NCBI RefSeq assembly: GCF_000142905.1
Contig: NW_013657658.1
Location: 310,001-374,000 of the forward strand
Origin: Thecamonas trahens ATCC 50062
Lineage: Eukaryota > Protista > Apusomonadida
DNA: 64,000 bases
Direction: 5' to 3'
The notes below the pieces were generated by a model, which was not told the DNA's origin, made no database searches, and saw only the letters and a list, made by a program, of their open reading frames with translations. A program made the translations under genes and the position numbers. Numbering within the stretch: the stretch's first letter is position 1; each line of letters opens with the position of its first letter. This document shows, piece after piece, positions 60,077 through 64,000 of the stretch.

Positions 60077-63000
60077 ATGCTCTCGCTGCTGGTGGCGGCG
60101 CAGGTCCGCGACCTTATCACACAGCTGCGGACCACAAACTACAACAGAAGCAAAGCACACATCAAGCACGTACGTAACACCCCCACCACTCCCTCCCTCT
60201 TCCTTCCCCCTCCCTCCCCGTCTGCCCGCCCTCTCCCCACAACCCTTCCCCCCCCCCCCTCCCGCATTTCTCCCTTGAGCCGCGCCGCGCCACAGCCCGC
60301 GTCCCTCACCCTCGATCGTCCCCTCGCGGCCTCCATTGTCCCCGCCTCCCCCCAGGCAGGGCACAGCGCTACAGCGCCACACCCACACCCTGCAGGGACC
60401 CAGCATGGCCCTGGGCTTCCCCCTTTGCCTCTCTCTTGTCCCCCCTCCCCCCCTTCCTCCCCGCCCGGGCTAGGCTCGGTAGGGAACGTGGCTGCTACGG
60501 GCGCGGCTGTGTGGAATTTTTGGGGGTCGGTGGCAAAGAGGCGGTGGCGGTGGCGAGCTGGCGGCGAGGCCGGGCGGTGGTAGGCGGATGGCCAGAGGAG
60601 GCGAGGCGGAATGACTCACCGGGAGAGCCTGACATGCACCGCACAGCTCATCCAACTGTATGGCGTCGAGGTCCATGTGTTTGTCATCCAGACGGTGCTC
60701 CAGAAGCTCGACCTGACGCAGGTCGCTGCCCACGAACAGATTGTCAAGTTCCTTCTCCTCGCCGACGAGCTGGAGGCGCTTCCGGCCGAGTGGGCGTCGT
60801 CGATCATCTGCTTGGCGTACGCCAACGCTGTGGGGTGCGGCATGGCTATTGCCGACCTCTCGCAGCTCTCGATTGTGCTCAAGGCCAAGCTCAAGCTCCG
60901 CGTGCGGCTCGGGGTGGCGCTCGCGCAGTCGCCGGTTCCCCAGCTCAAGGCCGAGGGCATTCAGTTTGTGCGCGACACGGTGAGCGAAGTCATCCAGGCG
61001 CACTCGAACAAGGCTGGCTCAGAGCTGGCCGGCCCGCTGGGCGCGGACGAGGACCTGTGTGCCGCGCTCGCCGAGCTGCCTTCCCCCGAGCTTGGCGACC
61101 TGGTCGCTGTCCTCACTTCGGACCCAGTGCTGGAGGACTTGGTCCCGCGGCTGCGCAAGCTCAAATCGCCGGCGCTTGAGGCGCTGGCGTCGGGCCCGCC
61201 GCCGGCGCTCACTCCGCCGGCGCCGCCTGTTCTCCACAACGCCCTCATTCTCCGCTCGTCGCTGCCGGACCACTACACGCTCGGCGGCTCGCTCGCTGCC
61301 AACGGCGCAGGCCTCGCTGCCGATGAGGCCTCCAAGCTTGGCGAGTTTATGGTCGAGCTTGGCTACGGGTGCGCCGACTCGCGCAAGGCGCTGCAGCGAG
61401 TCCTCGCCCAGGCCGCGCCTGGCGGCCTTGATGAGGCCATGGTCGGCGGCGCTCTGGCTGCCATGGCCGCCACCCTCACCACCCTCTCGCCGCCGACCTC
61501 GCTCGCGGCCATCATTCCCACCCTCCGCTCTTCGCCGTCGTCGCCGTCGTCGTCCTGGAACCTCGATGTGTTTATGGACGTGGTCAAGGCCGCCGCGCCG
61601 CACCTGGTTTGGGACAACGTTCTGCGGTCGGTCGACACGCCCAAGTTTCTGATCCACGACCAGGACGGCCTCGAGTTTCTGGTCCGCGCCTACCGGCTCG
61701 GCACCGGCTCGGCCCAAGCCTCGCTCCCGCTCTCTGTCCTCTTTGCGCACTGGACGCACACCGAGGCGCAGCTGGCCCTGCTGGCGCAGGCCGTTCTCGC
61801 GCCGCCGGACCTTGTCGACTTTGCGCGCTCCCAGCGGCTGGTCCCCATACTCGCCGACAACTTTCGGGTGATGCCCGTCGACGCCACCGACTCGACGGTG
61901 CCGAGCGGCGGCGATGACGACCCCGGCCTGCATGGGGGTGCCAACTCGGCGTGGCGGTCGCACGACCTGGTAGAAACGCTCTGCCGGCTCGGCGAGTCGC
62001 AGCACGGGGCCGAAGTCCTTGTGCTGTTTGGCCTCGGCATCGCTGATGCGCCCGAGGCGCTCCTCCTCACCCTCTGCGCCATCCACAATTCGCGGCTGGC
62101 CTCGCTCTCGGACCTGATTTCGGACGCAAGTGCGTCGAGTGTCTCTTCGCCTACGTCTGTGACCGAGGTCTCGATCAACTCGCCGTCGCTCGCCGTGTCA
62201 CTCACTTTCAACTCGGCGCTGCTTGACGTGACCGCAGCGCTGCTGCCGCGGTTCCTGGCAGCGTTTCCGGCGTCGGCGCTGCTCCTCCGCGCCCTTTGGG
62301 CAGCCGCGCCGCAGGTCATGGTCCACGGCATGGCCGCCATGTACGCGCGCTCGCCGGGCTCGCTCACCGTCATCCTCGACATTGTGCAGGACAACAAGGG
62401 CATTGCCGTTCTCCTCGATCAGGCCGAGCCTGACTTTGCCTTTGCCCTCGACATTGCCGCCCTCGCCGCCCGGCGCGACTACCTCAACCTCGACAAGTGG
62501 CTGCTGGACTCGATCTCGCGGCACGGGCCGGCCTTTATGGCGGCCTGCATCGCCTTTCTCCGCTCGCGCGCCTTTGGCGAGACGCCCGGCACCGAGCCCG
62601 GGCCCGACGGCGCGCCGCCGGCGCCTGCGCTTGTGGCCCACACCCTTGGCGACACGAGCGCGCCGGAAAAGTCGGCGCGAGCCTCGCCCGATGCCCCGCT
62701 CCCGCTTGTTCTTGCCACCGTCTCGTCGCTGTTCAAGACGCTCCAGGCCTCAGCCGCGCTCCTCCCGCCGGTCCTTGTCTCGGAGCTGCGTGTCCTCTAC
62801 ACGGCGTGCGTGCAGGCGAACCCGGCGCTGCTGCAAATGACGCCCGACCCGGTCGAGTCGTTTTCGCGTGAGATTGAGGCCGAGGTCAACGCCACCTTTC
62901 AGCGCATCTACAAGGGCCAACTCTCGATCGACGCCGTCGTTGCCATGCTGCAAAACTACAAGACGTCGGGCGTGACGCGCGAGCACGAGATCTTTGCCTG

Positions 63001-64000
63001 CATGATCCACTCGCTCTTTGACGAGTATCGCTTCTTCCCGCGCTACCCGGACAAGGAGCTGCAGACTACAGGCATTCTCTTTGGCGCCCTCATCCAGAAC
63101 AAGCTGGTCTCAAACATCCCGCTCGGCTACGCGCTCCGGTACGTTCTCGAAGCGCTGCGCAAGCCCGACGGGTCCAAGATGTTCTCGTTTGGCTACTGTG
63201 CCCTCACTCAGTTTACCGCCCGCCTCCACGAGTGGCCGCAGTACTGCTCGCGCATTCTCCAGATTGCTGACATTCAGGCCAACCACCCGCAGATTGTCAA
63301 CTTTATCTCGGAGATCCTTGCCAACTCGACACTGCCGGGCGCAGGATCGGACCTCGCGTCGGCAACGACCGACGCCTCGTTCTCGCTCCCGCCGGGCATG
63401 CCGCACCTCGGCGACTCGGGCGCCTCGCCCGACGACATCGAGTCGCTAGCGTCGGGCCTCGGCCCCGCGCCTGGGCCTGATGCGCTCGCCGGAGCTGGGT
63501 CCGGCGGCGCAGAGCCGCCAGCCACCCCCTCGTTGCCCAAAATGACCAACATTGACACCCTGCTCGCTGGCCAGGCCAAGGCCGCCGCCGAGGGCGCCGA
63601 GCTTGACCAAGAGTCCAAGGACAAGATCCGGTTCATTTTCAACAACCTCTCGCGGTCGATGCTCCGCGGCAAGGCGCGCGAGCTCGAGGCCTTTCTCGAG
63701 GCCAAGCACTACACGTACCTCTGCCAGTACCTGGTGGTCAAGCGGGCTTCGATCGAGCCCAACTTTCACGACCTCTACCTCTCGCTTCTCGACTTTCTGG
63801 ACCTCCCGCAGCTGACAGCTGCCATTCTGCAGTGCACCTTTGACAACATTGCCATTCTCCTCCAGTCGGAGCTTATCAAGACCTCGAGCTCAGAGCGGAG
63901 CCTGCTGAAGAACCTCGGCTCGTGGCTCGGCCAGCTGACGCTCGCCCGTAACCGCCCGATCCTGCACAGGAACCTTGCGCTCAAGGCTCTTGTCCTCGAC
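60077..64000 (+). CDS. CNOT1: CCR4-NOT scaffold subunit Not1, 5' part (exon 60077-60169, intron 60170-60646, exon 60647 to window end)
   Basis: FALDIAALAARRDYLNLDKWL, EVNATFQRIY, CMIHSLFDEYRFFPRYPDKEL, DKIRFIFNNLS, LVVKRASIEPNFH, LLKNLGSWLG. Intron GTACGT...CTGAC...ACAG keeps the frame. Missing from the ORF track because it has no stop in the window. Confidence 0.93.

Noticed and set aside
60513-60525. Sm-site-like AATTTTTGG in the CNOT1 intron, suggesting a nested snRNA
   Set aside because: I could not find U1, U2, U4, U5, U11 or U12 signature elements around it; an Infernal/Rfam scan would be needed to reopen this.

Overview
GC-rich, gene-dense, intron-poor DNA from a unicellular eukaryote. 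It has GT-AG introns, SmD2, SKI2, CNOT1, RUVBL1 and complex I NDUFB9. The style suggests an apusomonad such as Thecamonas, but that is a guess. The assembly is a draft: two N-gaps, about 12 apparent single-base frameshifts (mostly in homopolymer runs) and one 803-bp near-identical duplication split real genes into several ORFs. Repairing these by hand gives about 17 genes. Main results: (1) a ~7,070-aa protein with dozens of ankyrin repeats, a degenerate UBR-like zinc finger, RCC1 repeats, an RRM and an intact calpain protease domain (12820-34858); (2) a ~2,770-aa single-pass membrane protein with a BNR/Asp-box propeller, ADAM-type disintegrin repeats and a ~1,900-aa coiled-coil tail (1771-10084, minus); (3) a GPCR-PIP kinase fusion tail-to-tail with a CARMIL-like gene; (4) a bacterial-type cytochrome b561 (CybB family) with a mitochondrial-type presequence; (5) two enzyme/pseudoenzyme pairs (calpain and SDR); (6) a short VPS13-like lipid-bridge protein; (7) introns with G-rich acceptors and no polypyrimidine tract, and convergent genes whose stops lie only 12-69 bp apart. 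I found no rRNA, tRNA, CRISPR array or clear mobile element. All family calls come from reading motifs by eye; no searches were run.
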